This document shows positions 8,726 to 18,540 of a DNA stretch of 44,369 nt, piece by piece. The position numbers and the translations under genes were made by a program. Origin of the DNA: an uncultured Desulfobacteraceae bacterium (GTDB taxonomy: Bacteria; Desulfobacterota; Desulfobacteria; Desulfobacterales; UBA5852); NCBI GenBank assembly GCA_964392545.1, contig CAYMQN010000006.1:1-44369 (forward strand). The letters are read 5' to 3'. The notes beneath the pieces are model-generated. The model did no database searches and had not been told where the DNA came from. It saw only the letters and a program-made list of their open reading frames with translations. Numbering within the stretch: position 1 is the stretch's first letter; every line of letters begins with the position of its first letter.

Positions 8726-9693
8726 CGCATCCACCCGTCCAAAGAAGGCCGCAAATCACCGTGGCCCGTCTGATTCCCTCCCAGCGCGATATCAAATTCC
8801 GGACGGCGGTGTATATGATGCTGCTGTGCACCCTCTTCGGTGCCAATGCCGTGGCCATCAAGGTGACCTTCGAGGGGTTCGGCATTTTTACGGCCGCGGC
8901 GCTGCGCTTCGGCATCGCGGCCGCGATCATCGCGCTCTGGGCCCATTTCAGCGGTCGATCGTTTCGCTTGCAGCGCGGGCAGTGGAAGGTGCTGCTGGTC
9001 TATTCGGTCCTCTTTACGGCCCAGCTGTCGCTTTTCTTTACCGGTCTCAACCGGACCTATGCCAGCCGCGGCACCCTCCTGATCAACCTGCTGCCGTTTC
9101 TGATTCTGCTACTGGCGCACTTCTTTATCCCCGGCGACCGCATCACGCGCCGCAACCTGGTGGGTTTGATCCTGGGCTTCGGCGGCGTGGTCAGTGTTTT
9201 TGCCGGCCAGGAGACTTTAACCGGCGACATTCGCACCGGCGACGGCCTGGTTCTGGCGGCGACCTTCATCTGGGCCTGCAACACGGTCTTCATCAAGCGG
9301 GTCATCGACCGCTTTCATCCGTTTCACATCGTCTTTTATTCCATGCTGTTTGCGCTGCCGTTTTTTATCCTGGAAGCGTGGCTGTTCGATGCGGCGGCGG
9401 TTCAACGCTTTTCCCTGCGGGCGTTGACCGGCCTCGGCTATCAGACTTTCGTGACGGCTTCATTCGGCTTCATCGCCTGGAATACGCTGTTGAAAACTTA
9501 CGGCGCCGTGGCGCTGCATTCGTTCGTTTTCATCATGCCGCTGGTGGGGGTCGTGCTTTCCGGCTGGATCCTGGACGAACCCCTGCATCCCAATCTTTGG
9601 CTGGCGCTGATCCTGATCGTGGCCGGCATCCTGGTGATCCATTTCAAGCCTCTCCGCGGCCTGCCGGCCTTTCCCCTGCGGCGTCACATGTAG
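8722..9693 (+). CDS. DMT-superfamily (EamA-like) transporter
   Basis: About 10 predicted hydrophobic helices and a duplicated EamA-like architecture. The ATG overlaps the upstream stop (ATGA). The true start could be an internal Met about 30 codons in. Confidence 0.75.
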   Translation: MTHPPVQRRPQITVARLIPSQRDIKFRTAVYMMLLCTLFGANAVAIKVTFEGFGIFTAAALRFGIAAAIIALWAHFSGRSFRLQRGQWKVLLVYSVLFTAQLSLFFTGLNRTYASRGTLLINLLPFLILLLAHFFIPGDRITRRNLVGLILGFGGVVSVFAGQETLTGDIRTGDGLVLAATFIWACNTVFIKRVIDRFHPFHIVFYSMLFALPFFILEAWLFDAAAVQRFSLRALTGLGYQTFVTASFGFIAWNTLLKTYGAVALHSFVFIMPLVGVVLSGWILDEPLHPNLWLALILIVAGILVIHFKPLRGLPAFPLRRHM

Positions 9694-9786
9694 TCCGGAA
9701 ACCTGCAGCGGTCTCCGGTTGACCCTGCCGCCTGCCGCGTGTATGGTCCGCCTTTCGAATCCACACGCGTCCAAAGGAACCCCTGC

Positions 9787-10686
9787 ATGGACCTCCGGAC
9801 CTACCGCGCCGATGCGCTGCTGTTGTTGACCGCCACGATTTGGGGCTTCGCCTTCGTGGCCCAGCGGGTGGGCATGGCCTATGTCGGCCCCTATACCTTC
9901 AACGGGGTGCGGTTCGCCCTGGGGAGCCTTTCGCTGGTGCCCCTGCTGCTGGTGCTGGAGCGCCGGGCGCCGTCCGCCCCCCGGCCGGCATCCCTTGCGT
10001 CCTGGCCCAGGCTGCTCTGGGGGGGCGGCCTGGCCGGGCTTTTCCTGTTTGCCGGGGCGTCCCTTCAGCAGGTCGGCCTGGTCTACACCACGGCCGGCAA
10101 CGCGGGCTTCATCACCGGGCTCTATGTGGTGATCGTCCCCATCATGGGGCTTTTCCTGCGCCAACAGACCCATGCCGGGACCTGGCTGGGGGTTTTTCTG
10201 GCGGCGGCGGGCTTGTATTTGCTCAGTATCACCGAAGCGCTGACCATTGCCTGGGGCGATTTGCTGGTGCTGGTGGGCGCTTTTTTCTGGGCCGCCCACG
10301 TCCTGATCATCGGCTGGCTCTCGCCGCGCATGGAGGCCCTGCGTCTGTCCATCATCCAGTTTGCGGTCTGTGCCGCGCTGAGCCTGATGACGGCGGGCGC
10401 CTACGAGACCATCACCTGGGAGGGGCTGCGCCAGGCCGCCGTCCCTATTCTCTATGGGGGTCTTGGCTCGGTGGGCGTGGCCTACACCCTGCAGGTGGTG
10501 GCACAGAGAGACGCCCATCCGGCCCATGCGGCGATTTTCCTCAGCATGGAGGCCGTCTTTGCCGCCATCGGGGGCTGGTGGCTGCTGGGCGAGATCCTGA
10601 CGCCCCGTGCCCTGTTGGGTTGCGGCCTCATGCTGTTCGGCATGCTGGTATCCCAGCTTTGGGGCTTCATCAGGATGGTCCGCTGA
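9787..10686 (+). CDS. DMT-superfamily (EamA-like) transporter
   Basis: Polytopic and EamA-like (ALLLLTATIWGFAFVAQR..., second repeat GDLLVLVGAFFWAAHVL). The ATG at 9787 follows AAGGAA. The track's 9739 start is a GTG without an SD. Confidence 0.75.
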   Translation: MDLRTYRADALLLLTATIWGFAFVAQRVGMAYVGPYTFNGVRFALGSLSLVPLLLVLERRAPSAPRPASLASWPRLLWGGGLAGLFLFAGASLQQVGLVYTTAGNAGFITGLYVVIVPIMGLFLRQQTHAGTWLGVFLAAAGLYLLSITEALTIAWGDLLVLVGAFFWAAHVLIIGWLSPRMEALRLSIIQFAVCAALSLMTAGAYETITWEGLRQAAVPILYGGLGSVGVAYTLQVVAQRDAHPAHAAIFLSMEAVFAAIGGWWLLGEILTPRALLGCGLMLFGMLVSQLWGFIRMVR

Positions 10687-10701
10687 GGTCCCATGGGACC
10701 G

Positions 10702-11706
10702 TCATCCGTTTCGCCACAAGGGGCCGGCATCCCAAAAGGCCGACACCGCCGCCTGATACTGCTCGATACCACGCGCTTTGTGGATCCGTTTGCGATGGGC
10801 CTCGCAGTCGTGGAATCCCTGGGCGAAATAGCGCCACAGGCCCTTCATGCGGTCCAGCACGTGGCCCGGGCCGTTCAGGCGCCCGCGATACCGCTCGAAA
10901 AGGGCGTCGTGAAAGCGGCGGAAGCGATCCGTCTTCTCCGCGACAGCCACGCGGCGGCCGGTTTTGAGCCGCCCGGGCAAAAACGGATCGGCCAGCAAGC
11001 CGCGCCCGATCATCCAGCCGGCCACCCCCTCGAAGCGGCGGGTCAGTGTCTGAAAATCCTCCGGGCTTCTGATATCCCCATTGTACACCACCGGATGGCG
11101 GCAATGCCCCAGGCACCATGCGAACATGGCTAAATCGGGGACGCCGGCATACATCTGAAGGCCGGTGCGGGGATGAACGACGACCGATTCCAGGGGATAG
11201 CGGTTGAAAACCGTCATCACGGCCTGGATTTCGTCCGCCCGCCAGCGGCCCAGACGGGTTTTGATGGATAGTCGGTTGGGAATATGCGCAAGGACGGTGT
11301 CCAGCAGACGATCGAGGGCCTCCGGGGTGCAGAGCAGGCCCGATCCCCGCCCCTTATTGGCCACCTGGGGAAAAGGGCAGCCGCAGTTCAGATTGATGGT
11401 CGTGTAGCCCATGTCAAAAAGGTGGTCGGCGAGGGTGATGCAATCCGCTGCGTTCTTGGTCAAAATTTGCGGGATGACGGGCAGCCGGCGGTTGTCGCGG
11501 GGCTGCAGATCGCGCACATGCACGGGTTTGATGCGCCGGCCGGCGTGGGTGGTGACAAAGGGGGCCACCGCCAGGTCGATGCCTTCAAAATGCGCGGCAT
11601 AGGTCGATCGAAAGATGGCATCGGTAACTCCCCGCAGGGGAGCCATGATCATCGTCCGGCCGGGTGCCGATGGCGTGGAAAAATCCGATTGCAGTTCGGG
11701 GCTCAT
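10702..11706 (-). CDS. tRNA-dihydrouridine synthase family protein
   Basis: Dus signatures are present: MAPLRGVTDAIFR, QILTKN, INLNCGCP (catalytic Cys) and VHPRT. The start is uncertain because ATGs lie 18 and 20 codons downstream. Confidence 0.82.
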   Translation of the reverse strand: MSPELQSDFSTPSAPGRTMIMAPLRGVTDAIFRSTYAAHFEGIDLAVAPFVTTHAGRRIKPVHVRDLQPRDNRRLPVIPQILTKNAADCITLADHLFDMGYTTINLNCGCPFPQVANKGRGSGLLCTPEALDRLLDTVLAHIPNRLSIKTRLGRWRADEIQAVMTVFNRYPLESVVVHPRTGLQMYAGVPDLAMFAWCLGHCRHPVVYNGDIRSPEDFQTLTRRFEGVAGWMIGRGLLADPFLPGRLKTGRRVAVAEKTDRFRRFHDALFERYRGRLNGPGHVLDRMKGLWRYFAQGFHDCEAHRKRIHKARGIEQYQAAVSAFWDAGPLWRNG

Positions 11707-11827
11707 TTTGGCAATTTAGGCGCTTCTTTGCCCTAAGTCCAGGCCCGGTGGACGTGCGGCGGCACGTGGATACCGACCATGAGGCTTTTAGGGTTTTTAC
11801 AACTGGGAGCCGATTGCGTTCACCACG

Positions 11828-12826
11828 ATGACGTTTTTCCGGAAAAAGCGCCGCGAAGCGGCACCGCTGCCCACCCTGGCCTGGGCCTATGCCGGCATCG
11901 TTCTGGCCATGGTCATCTGGGCCAGTTCCTATGTGGCCCTGAAACTGGCCTTCCGCAGCTATGATCCCATGGTGGTGATTTTCGGCCGCATGCTTGTGGC
12001 CAGTCTCTGTTTCACCGCCTTCATTCCCCGGTTTCGATCGTCGGCACCGCGGCTGCTGCGCAAGGATCTGAAGCCCCTTTTTTTTATGGCCCTCTGCGAA
12101 CCCTGCCTCTATTTCACCTTCGAAGCCCGTGCCCTGGAGCTGACCACCGCCTCCCAGGCCGGCATGATCAGTGCCATGCTGCCCCTGCTGGTGGCGGTGG
12201 GCGCCCGTCTGGTGCTGGGGGAGGTGCTTACCCTGCGGGCCGCGGCCGGATTTATCGTGGCCATCGCCGGGGCCTGCGGTTTGAGCCTGGCCGGTGAGCC
12301 CTCGGAGGCCGCCCCCGATCCGATCCTGGGTAACTTCCTGGAGTTCATGGCCATGGTTTGCGCCACAGGCTACATCATCAGCCTCAAATGGCTGACGGCG
12401 CGCTATTCGCCCTTCCTGCTGACCGCCGTGCAGGCGTTCGTGGGCGCCCTGTTCTTCTTCCCGTTTCTCTTCCTGCCGTCAACGGCCCTTCCGGTGGCCT
12501 TCGATCCCGTGCCGGCCATGGCGGTCTTCTATCTCGGCGCCGTGGTCACCCTGGGCGCCTACGGGCTCTACAACTACGGCGTCAGCCGCATCGCGGTCAG
12601 CCGGACCTCCGTCTTTTTCAATTTGGTCCCGGTGATTACCGTCATTTTAGGGGTCGTCATTCTGGGCGAGCGCTTTACGCTAGGGCAATACCTTGCCTCC
12701 GGCCTTGTTTTTGCGGGGATTTACCTGAGCCAGCGGGAAGGCCGCAGCGCGGTTGGCCCTCCAGGGCCCGGTTCAAGCGATGGGCGCCGGCAATCGACCG
12801 GCGTGGGGTCGTCACAGCCTTCCTGA
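11828..12826 (+). CDS. DMT-superfamily (EamA-like) transporter
   Basis: Polytopic with two EamA-like repeats (VIWASSYVALK..., NFLEFMAMVCATGYII...). It has a hydrophilic Gly/Ser/Pro-rich C-terminal tail. Confidence 0.75.
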   Translation: MTFFRKKRREAAPLPTLAWAYAGIVLAMVIWASSYVALKLAFRSYDPMVVIFGRMLVASLCFTAFIPRFRSSAPRLLRKDLKPLFFMALCEPCLYFTFEARALELTTASQAGMISAMLPLLVAVGARLVLGEVLTLRAAAGFIVAIAGACGLSLAGEPSEAAPDPILGNFLEFMAMVCATGYIISLKWLTARYSPFLLTAVQAFVGALFFFPFLFLPSTALPVAFDPVPAMAVFYLGAVVTLGAYGLYNYGVSRIAVSRTSVFFNLVPVITVILGVVILGERFTLGQYLASGLVFAGIYLSQREGRSAVGPPGPGSSDGRRQSTGVGSSQPS

Positions 12827-12849
12827 CGATGCTTCCATCGGTTGCCCGG

Positions 12850-13458
12850 CTAGAAAAAGCCGACCATCGACAGAAGGATCAGAATCACGGACAGCAAGAG
12901 GCCGATGGTTCCCGTCAATACCGGGCGGCGCAAGACGAAGCCATCGAAGGCATCGTTGTAGCTGTCCAGCCGATCCACCAGCGATTGGGTGCCGATCCAG
13001 GTGTTCAGGCGCCTTTCGATGCGCTGCAGGCGATGGGGGGCGATCATCAGGGCCAGGCCGAGCAGCAGGCCGATGGTGCCGGCGATTTTTCCGAGCAGCA
13101 TCATGGCCTCCAAGGCCATTTCCCCCAGCAGGCGTTGGGTACCCTCCAGGTCCAGAACCGCCAGCAAATCATCGGTGTCGATCTGGCATACCAGAAAGAT
13201 GAGCACCATGACGGCCCCCACGGTGAGCAGGGCGCCGTAGACGAGGGGATGGCGGTAAATGAAAAGGGTATTGGGAAATGTACGGTCGAAATAGGCGAGG
13301 CGCTCCTTGACGTGATAGCTGCGGCTGAGAAGGGCGTTGAGGTGGCGGATGCGCTCCGGGAAGAGCAGCAACCCCAGGGACAGCAACAGCCCGGCGACGC
13401 CGCACAGAATGGTCAGAAGCGCGGCGGCGTCGAGGCCGATAGCGATGAGGGGGGTCAT
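12850..13458 (-). CDS. Hypothetical integral membrane protein (about 4 TM helices)
   Basis: 202 aa with four clear hydrophobic segments. SD AAGGGGA upstream. I recognise no family. Confidence 0.6.
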   Translation of the reverse strand: MTPLIAIGLDAAALLTILCGVAGLLLSLGLLLFPERIRHLNALLSRSYHVKERLAYFDRTFPNTLFIYRHPLVYGALLTVGAVMVLIFLVCQIDTDDLLAVLDLEGTQRLLGEMALEAMMLLGKIAGTIGLLLGLALMIAPHRLQRIERRLNTWIGTQSLVDRLDSYNDAFDGFVLRRPVLTGTIGLLLSVILILLSMVGFF

Positions 13459-13513
13459 GGGCCGAGATCCCCTTGCGGGCGCACATCACGCCCCTGACGG
13501 CAGGCCGGCGGCA

Positions 13514-14113
13514 TCAGCGGCCGCCGACGACCAGTTCCTGGCCGGGCCGAATCGTCACATCGTCGCCCATTTTATTGAGTTGTTTTAAGCGGTCGACGGC
13601 GACGCCGTACCTGCGGCTGATCTGGTAGAGCGTTTCGCCTGCTTTGACCACGTGAACCTTGGGGGGCGTTTTGGCGCTTGGCGGCGGAGCTGTGGAAACG
13701 GTTTTGGCCATGCTCTTTTGACGGTTCTCCAGGTCGGCCAATTTGCGGTTGACCTGGTTGAGCCCCTCGCCGAGTTTCGCTTCCAGGTTCTGAAATTGCC
13801 GCGCGAGGGTTTCGGTTTGCTGCTGCAGCGCCCCCATGTTTTCACCGCCGGCGCCCACCTGTTCGAGATTGCCGATGCGAAACTCAAGGTCGTCCAGCCG
13901 TTTTCCCAGCAGGGCGATTTCCTCCGTCAGGGCATCGTTCTGGGAGCTGCCGCCGTACATGGCAAATCCGATGATGACGACCAGGGCCACCACCGCGGCG
14001 GCGATATAGGGCACGTAGGGTTTGCGCAGGAGACTCTGGCGGTTGAGGGCCGCGTAGGCGTCATAGTCCTCATAGGTCTCTTCTCCATCGTCTCGCTTGA
14101 ATGTCATGGCCAT
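13514..14113 (-). CDS. LysM domain-containing membrane-anchored protein
   Basis: It has one TM helix (YIAAAVVALVVIIGFAMY), a coiled-coil-like middle and a C-terminal LysM (HVVKAGETLYQISRRYGVAVDRLKQLNKM...IRPGQELVV). The ATG at 14113 lies 6 nt after AAGGAGG. The track start at 14116 is the preceding GTG. Confidence 0.8.
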   Translation of the reverse strand: MAMTFKRDDGEETYEDYDAYAALNRQSLLRKPYVPYIAAAVVALVVIIGFAMYGGSSQNDALTEEIALLGKRLDDLEFRIGNLEQVGAGGENMGALQQQTETLARQFQNLEAKLGEGLNQVNRKLADLENRQKSMAKTVSTAPPPSAKTPPKVHVVKAGETLYQISRRYGVAVDRLKQLNKMGDDVTIRPGQELVVGGR

Positions 14114-14155
14114 CACGGACCTCCTTGATGTCTGGGATTGATTCTACTGACGCCT

Positions 14156-14785
14156 CTATTTTTGAAGCCCTCTTCCCAGAATGTCAAATGCGACTTCAAA
14201 AGATTTATCCAGATCGTAGCGGGCAGGATTGATGAGCTTCTTGCTCCCCTCCCAGAGGACGATGCCGGAGAAAAGGGCCCAGATGATGTCCGCCAGAGCG
14301 AGGGGATTGCGGTCGATGATGTTGCCGCTCGCAATGCCTTGTCGAAACAAGCTGGCCATGGACTGGAGGGCTTTGCGTGAAAGGGCGTTGATGTCGTCCA
14401 ACAATTCCGGCGACAGGGTGCGCAGGGTGTCGCTGGACTGGAGATGAAACATATTGTTGAGAATCAGGGGGTCATAATCGTAGACTTCTTTCATGGCATC
14501 GAGCAGGCCCTGCTGCTTTTCCGCATAGCTGGTGCCGGCCTCGTTGATCACGTGCTCGACCTTGACGTGGATAAAGCGCAGGACGCGCAGACAGAGCGAG
14601 GCATACAATTCATCTTTGCTCTTGAAGTAGAGATAGAGGGTGCCCGCACTGAGCTCCGCCTCCCGGGCAATGTCTTCCATCGTGCTTTTTTCATACCCCT
14701 TCTCGGAAAAAACGCGCTTGGCGGCAACCATGATCTGCTGGCGCCGCATTTCCCGCTCGCGCTTTTTGCGCTCCTTGATGCCCAT
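14156..14785 (-). CDS. TetR/AcrR-family transcriptional regulator
   Basis: TetR HTH is present (RQQIMVAAKRVFSEKGYEKSTMEDIAREAELSAGTLYLYFKSKDELY). The ATG at 14785 follows GGAGGA. The longer track ORF adds 16 unsupported codons. Confidence 0.85.
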   Translation of the reverse strand: MGIKERKKREREMRRQQIMVAAKRVFSEKGYEKSTMEDIAREAELSAGTLYLYFKSKDELYASLCLRVLRFIHVKVEHVINEAGTSYAEKQQGLLDAMKEVYDYDPLILNNMFHLQSSDTLRTLSPELLDDINALSRKALQSMASLFRQGIASGNIIDRNPLALADIIWALFSGIVLWEGSKKLINPARYDLDKSFEVAFDILGRGLQK

Positions 14786-14883
14786 CGATCCTCCCGGAAG
14801 CGTATCAAATGCTTTCATCGCGAAAAAAATCACTTATTTAAATCATATATCGCGACGAACTTCAACCGTTCAAGTACGGGGCG

Positions 14884-17800
14884 CTAGGGTGCCGGGTCCT
14901 CGCCCTTGTCCCAGAGGGGCGCCACGATTTGGACGGGGAGCTTGATCGTTTTTTTCATCAGGTTCATCAGGCTGCTGCCGACCGCCGACGGTGCGAGGGG
15001 GGTTACGGTGGGATCGGCGAAGGGGCCGGTGACCTTGACCGGGATGGAGATCAGAGTGCCGCCCAGCCAGTCGCCGATGAGCGGGGTGTAGCTGATCAGG
15101 GCATCCACGGTTTTGAACGGGGCTACAAGCACGATCATGTCGGTTTCACCGGTCACCAGATTAATCGTCCCCTGGCCGGCAATATTGGCCGTGGTCCCGT
15201 CGATCACGGCTTCCTTGATGGTACACGTGCTGTTTTGGATGTCGACCTGGATGGCGATGCTCTCGTAGGCCAGCCCGTCTTTCATCAGGTCCGGCAGTTT
15301 GCCGCGGAAGATTTCGGTGAGGTTGACGACGGTCAGGACTTTGCTCAGCAGGTTGAAACGGTAAATGCGTCCCTGGCGGCCCTTGAGTTCCATCGCCCCG
15401 TTGACGGAACGGGTCAGCCGCTGCGGTGGTGCCTGGGCCTCCAGTCGACCGGAGAGATCGAATTGCCCGTCCATCAGGTCCGGCCGTTTCAGGAGGCAGT
15501 TCATGGTGCTGTCGAAGGCGGCGTCCCGGACTTCCGGCGTGAGGGTCAGCGCCATGTTTTCCGGCGTGAGGCGCAGCGAGCCCGGGGTGGCAATCCCGCA
15601 CAGCGCGGCATCTTCGATGCGGATGTGCCAGCTGCCGGCTTCCAGGCGGACGGAAGCGTTGAACGGCGACCATTCGAATTGGCCCAGGGTCAGCGTGTCG
15701 ATCCGCGAGATGATGCGGCCGCGCAGGGGCAGATCCCACAAGGCAAGCGTTGCGGACGGCGCGGGCGGCTCCTCGGACGGCGGTGCTTCCGGCGGCGACA
15801 GGGCCAGATGCGTGGCCGTATGCACGAGGTCCAGCAGGAAACCCTCGTCCTCGATGGTGACGGCTCCGGTCACGCGGTGGGTCTGGTCGTTGACGACGAC
15901 CACTGCCGGGTCGATGTGGACCTGGTTGTCCCGGGCCTCGAGGTTGAGCGTCCGGACATGATGGCGCGGGGGCAGGGGCAGCGGCTGAGCGATGTCATGG
16001 ATTTGGAGGTTTCCCGCAACCGATGAGCGGCCGGGGTTTTGCAGGTCGATCCGGGCCTGGAAGCGGCCTTCCATGCGGCCGCTGCTCCGGCGCTTTTCCT
16101 GAAACACCCGGTCCCAGGTGGCTCCAGCGAAACGGCCGTTGAAATCGATCTCCAGAAACCCGGCCCCGAAGATCGTGCTCACTTCGGCTTGGGAAAGCTC
16201 GTCCTCGATCGTTACGCTCTGACGCTGCAGCCGGTCGTCCTGCATGGTGAGGTCCAGTACGAGTTTCGTACCGCCGGCGGTCGAGAGCTTCCCGTCGACC
16301 GTCCTGGCGCCATCGGCGGTCCACGCCAGGTCGATCGTCGACACCGCCAAAGGCGCTTTCAGGCGCCATGCCCGGCCCAGATCGATACGATCGCCGATCC
16401 AGTTGGCGGCAACCTTGCCCACTTCGCCTTCGATCCTGGCCGTGGCCGCCGCCGGCCGTCCCTCCTCGAAGCGGATCTCGGCATTTTTGACGGCCAGGCG
16501 GGCATCGGCCATGTGCATCTCGGCCGCCGGCAGTTGCAGGCGGGACGGGGCGATCACAAACCGGCCGGATGCGACGGTCAAAGGGCCGGGCAGATCGGTG
16601 GAAAGAAAGGCCAGGCGCTCCACCTGGCCTTGGGCGTCCACCGTCCACCGGGCAGGCGCCAGCAGGGGGCCGTGCAGGGTGAGGCGGTCGAGGCCCAGCC
16701 AGCCTTTGTCGGAGCGAAGCTCGAAGGGCAGGGTTTCCAGAGCGCCCTTGCCGGCCAGCCAGGGAACGATTTGATCCAGATCGAGGCGCGCCGTCCCCGC
16801 ATCGATCTGCAAAAGCGGATTTTCGCCGAAGACCACATGTCCGGTGAGGTTGGCGAATTCTGTGGTTGCCGCCCGGCCCTGCAAATGGATGACCTGAATG
16901 CGGTCCTGGGTATACTGGACCTGCCCGGCAAGGATCTCCAGCGGGGCCGGGAGACGGTCATAGACGGCATCGAACCGGCATCGGGTGACGTCGACGGTGA
17001 CATCCAGACCGGCTTGGCGACCATCCAGAACAAGAACGCCGTCGGCCGTTCCGGAGACGTCCCGGATGCGATCCATTTCCACCCCCAAGGCGGGTTCGTC
17101 CACCCATCTTTTCAAAAGGGACGGCAGGGGAGCCAGGTCGGCCTCCACGTCGATCTCGAGGAAAAACGGCACCTCGTCTTCCTGATCGAGATCCAGCCAG
17201 AGGCGGCCGTCGCTTCCCTTGGTGCGGCCATAGGCGGCATTGAGCCCGCGGCCGGTCAAAACGCCATGGCTGATATCCGCCTTGCCGTTCACCCGGGTCA
17301 GCGCGAGCTCGGCTTCCGGTATGAACAGACGGCCTTGTTCAACCACGCCGGCGATCTTCATATTGCGAAACCGACCCATGGCGCCCAAGGTGGGGCCTTG
17401 GGTGCTGAAGCGGATCCAGGGCACCCGCCCCCCGCGCAGAACATCGAAGATCCCGGCCACGACTTCCTGCCGGCCCGCCAAGGTCAGCGCCGCCGTCCGC
17501 AAGGGTTCGATGCCGAGCTGTTTGCCCGCCAATTCGATTTCATAGCGGGAATTCACGGCATCGAAGAGGGCCTGGCCGTCGAGCGCCAACGTTGGCTCCC
17601 GGGCCTCGATCTGCAGCGCATCCACGCGGAGGCGGCGGGGGATCCAGTCCAGGACCGCCTCCAGGCGGGGGTTCCTGACCGTCACGGCCTGGTCGGTGTG
17701 CTGCAAAAGCAGTTCCGGGGTCTGGGCCGTGACGGTCACGCGCGCATGGGGTCCGGACGCCAGGTCGGCCGTGGCATGGACATACATCGGTCGGGGCTGC

Positions 17801-18540
17801 CATTGAATGGCCCCGGCAGGAAGCGACGGCTTCAACAAGGCCGGATCGAAATGCTGGGCGGTGAGCTCCAAGCGGCCCTCGAAGGTGGCCGGCCGCAGCG
17901 ACCCGGACAGCCGCAGGGCCTTCCAGAAATTCGATCGGCAGCGCAGCTCGAGGTCAAATTCTTCCCCTTCCCCCTGGAGATCCAGAAACAGGTTTTCAAG
18001 CCGGATCGGCGATGCGGCCAAGCCGCTCAGGCTCAGGCTTCCCTCCCGAATGTCAATCGTCATGTCATTTAAGAGACCGGCGGCGAGCGACACCGTTTCC
18101 TGAAGGCGCCGGGTCAGGGCCTCCACCGAAGGGGAACCGGTTGCCGCGGCTGACTCGGGGGGCGGGCCGGACGGCTGTCCGAGGGTCAGATCGGGGTTTT
18201 CAAGGACGATGCCGCCGACCCGCATGTTTCCCGTAAGCAGGGCGGCATAGTCGGGATATATACGGGCGGTGGCCCATTGCCCGCTGAGCCGCTCCGGAAT
18301 CGTGATCTGTCCATTCGGAACGACCGCATGGGGCAGCGGCCAAAAATGAACCGCCACTCGGCCGCTGGTGAAGGTGCCGCCCGTGGCTTCGGCAAAACGG
18401 CCGCCGATGTCCTGCCGGTTGACCACTTTTTCGATGTAGGACGGGAGCCAGAAGGCCAGGACCATTGCCAGGCTCAAGCCGAGGACGGCGATGCCGATAC
18501 CATACTTGCGCAGTGCATGCTTGCTGGGAGAGGGCGTCAT
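14884..18540 (-). CDS. YhdP/AsmA-like large envelope protein
   Basis: 1218 aa. It has a single N-terminal TM helix (IGIAVLGLSLAMVLAFWL) and a long repetitive beta-rich body. The C-terminal region resembles the AsmA-like/YhdP C-terminus (GRIYRFNLLSKVLTVVNL..., IPVKVTGPFADPTVTPL). Confidence 0.7.
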   Translation of the reverse strand: MTPSPSKHALRKYGIGIAVLGLSLAMVLAFWLPSYIEKVVNRQDIGGRFAEATGGTFTSGRVAVHFWPLPHAVVPNGQITIPERLSGQWATARIYPDYAALLTGNMRVGGIVLENPDLTLGQPSGPPPESAAATGSPSVEALTRRLQETVSLAAGLLNDMTIDIREGSLSLSGLAASPIRLENLFLDLQGEGEEFDLELRCRSNFWKALRLSGSLRPATFEGRLELTAQHFDPALLKPSLPAGAIQWQPRPMYVHATADLASGPHARVTVTAQTPELLLQHTDQAVTVRNPRLEAVLDWIPRRLRVDALQIEAREPTLALDGQALFDAVNSRYEIELAGKQLGIEPLRTAALTLAGRQEVVAGIFDVLRGGRVPWIRFSTQGPTLGAMGRFRNMKIAGVVEQGRLFIPEAELALTRVNGKADISHGVLTGRGLNAAYGRTKGSDGRLWLDLDQEDEVPFFLEIDVEADLAPLPSLLKRWVDEPALGVEMDRIRDVSGTADGVLVLDGRQAGLDVTVDVTRCRFDAVYDRLPAPLEILAGQVQYTQDRIQVIHLQGRAATTEFANLTGHVVFGENPLLQIDAGTARLDLDQIVPWLAGKGALETLPFELRSDKGWLGLDRLTLHGPLLAPARWTVDAQGQVERLAFLSTDLPGPLTVASGRFVIAPSRLQLPAAEMHMADARLAVKNAEIRFEEGRPAAATARIEGEVGKVAANWIGDRIDLGRAWRLKAPLAVSTIDLAWTADGARTVDGKLSTAGGTKLVLDLTMQDDRLQRQSVTIEDELSQAEVSTIFGAGFLEIDFNGRFAGATWDRVFQEKRRSSGRMEGRFQARIDLQNPGRSSVAGNLQIHDIAQPLPLPPRHHVRTLNLEARDNQVHIDPAVVVVNDQTHRVTGAVTIEDEGFLLDLVHTATHLALSPPEAPPSEEPPAPSATLALWDLPLRGRIISRIDTLTLGQFEWSPFNASVRLEAGSWHIRIEDAALCGIATPGSLRLTPENMALTLTPEVRDAAFDSTMNCLLKRPDLMDGQFDLSGRLEAQAPPQRLTRSVNGAMELKGRQGRIYRFNLLSKVLTVVNLTEIFRGKLPDLMKDGLAYESIAIQVDIQNSTCTIKEAVIDGTTANIAGQGTINLVTGETDMIVLVAPFKTVDALISYTPLIGDWLGGTLISIPVKVTGPFADPTVTPLAPSAVGSSLMNLMKKTIKLPVQIVAPLWDKGEDPAP

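Noticed and set aside
9754-9762. TTCGAATCC, which resembles a tRNA T-loop.
   Set aside because: Flanking bases cannot form a T-stem and no acceptor or anticodon arms are present. It lies in the 5' region of a transporter gene.
16039-18072. 677-aa plus-strand ORF. Similar long alternate-frame ORFs: 14929..16026, 23130..24818, 24979..25923, 30252..32183, 9460..10527, 19293..20435 and 42661..43665.
   Set aside because: All are antisense to, or out of frame with, genes that have clear family signatures. All show Arg/Gly/Pro/His-rich compositions typical of GC-driven spurious ORFs.
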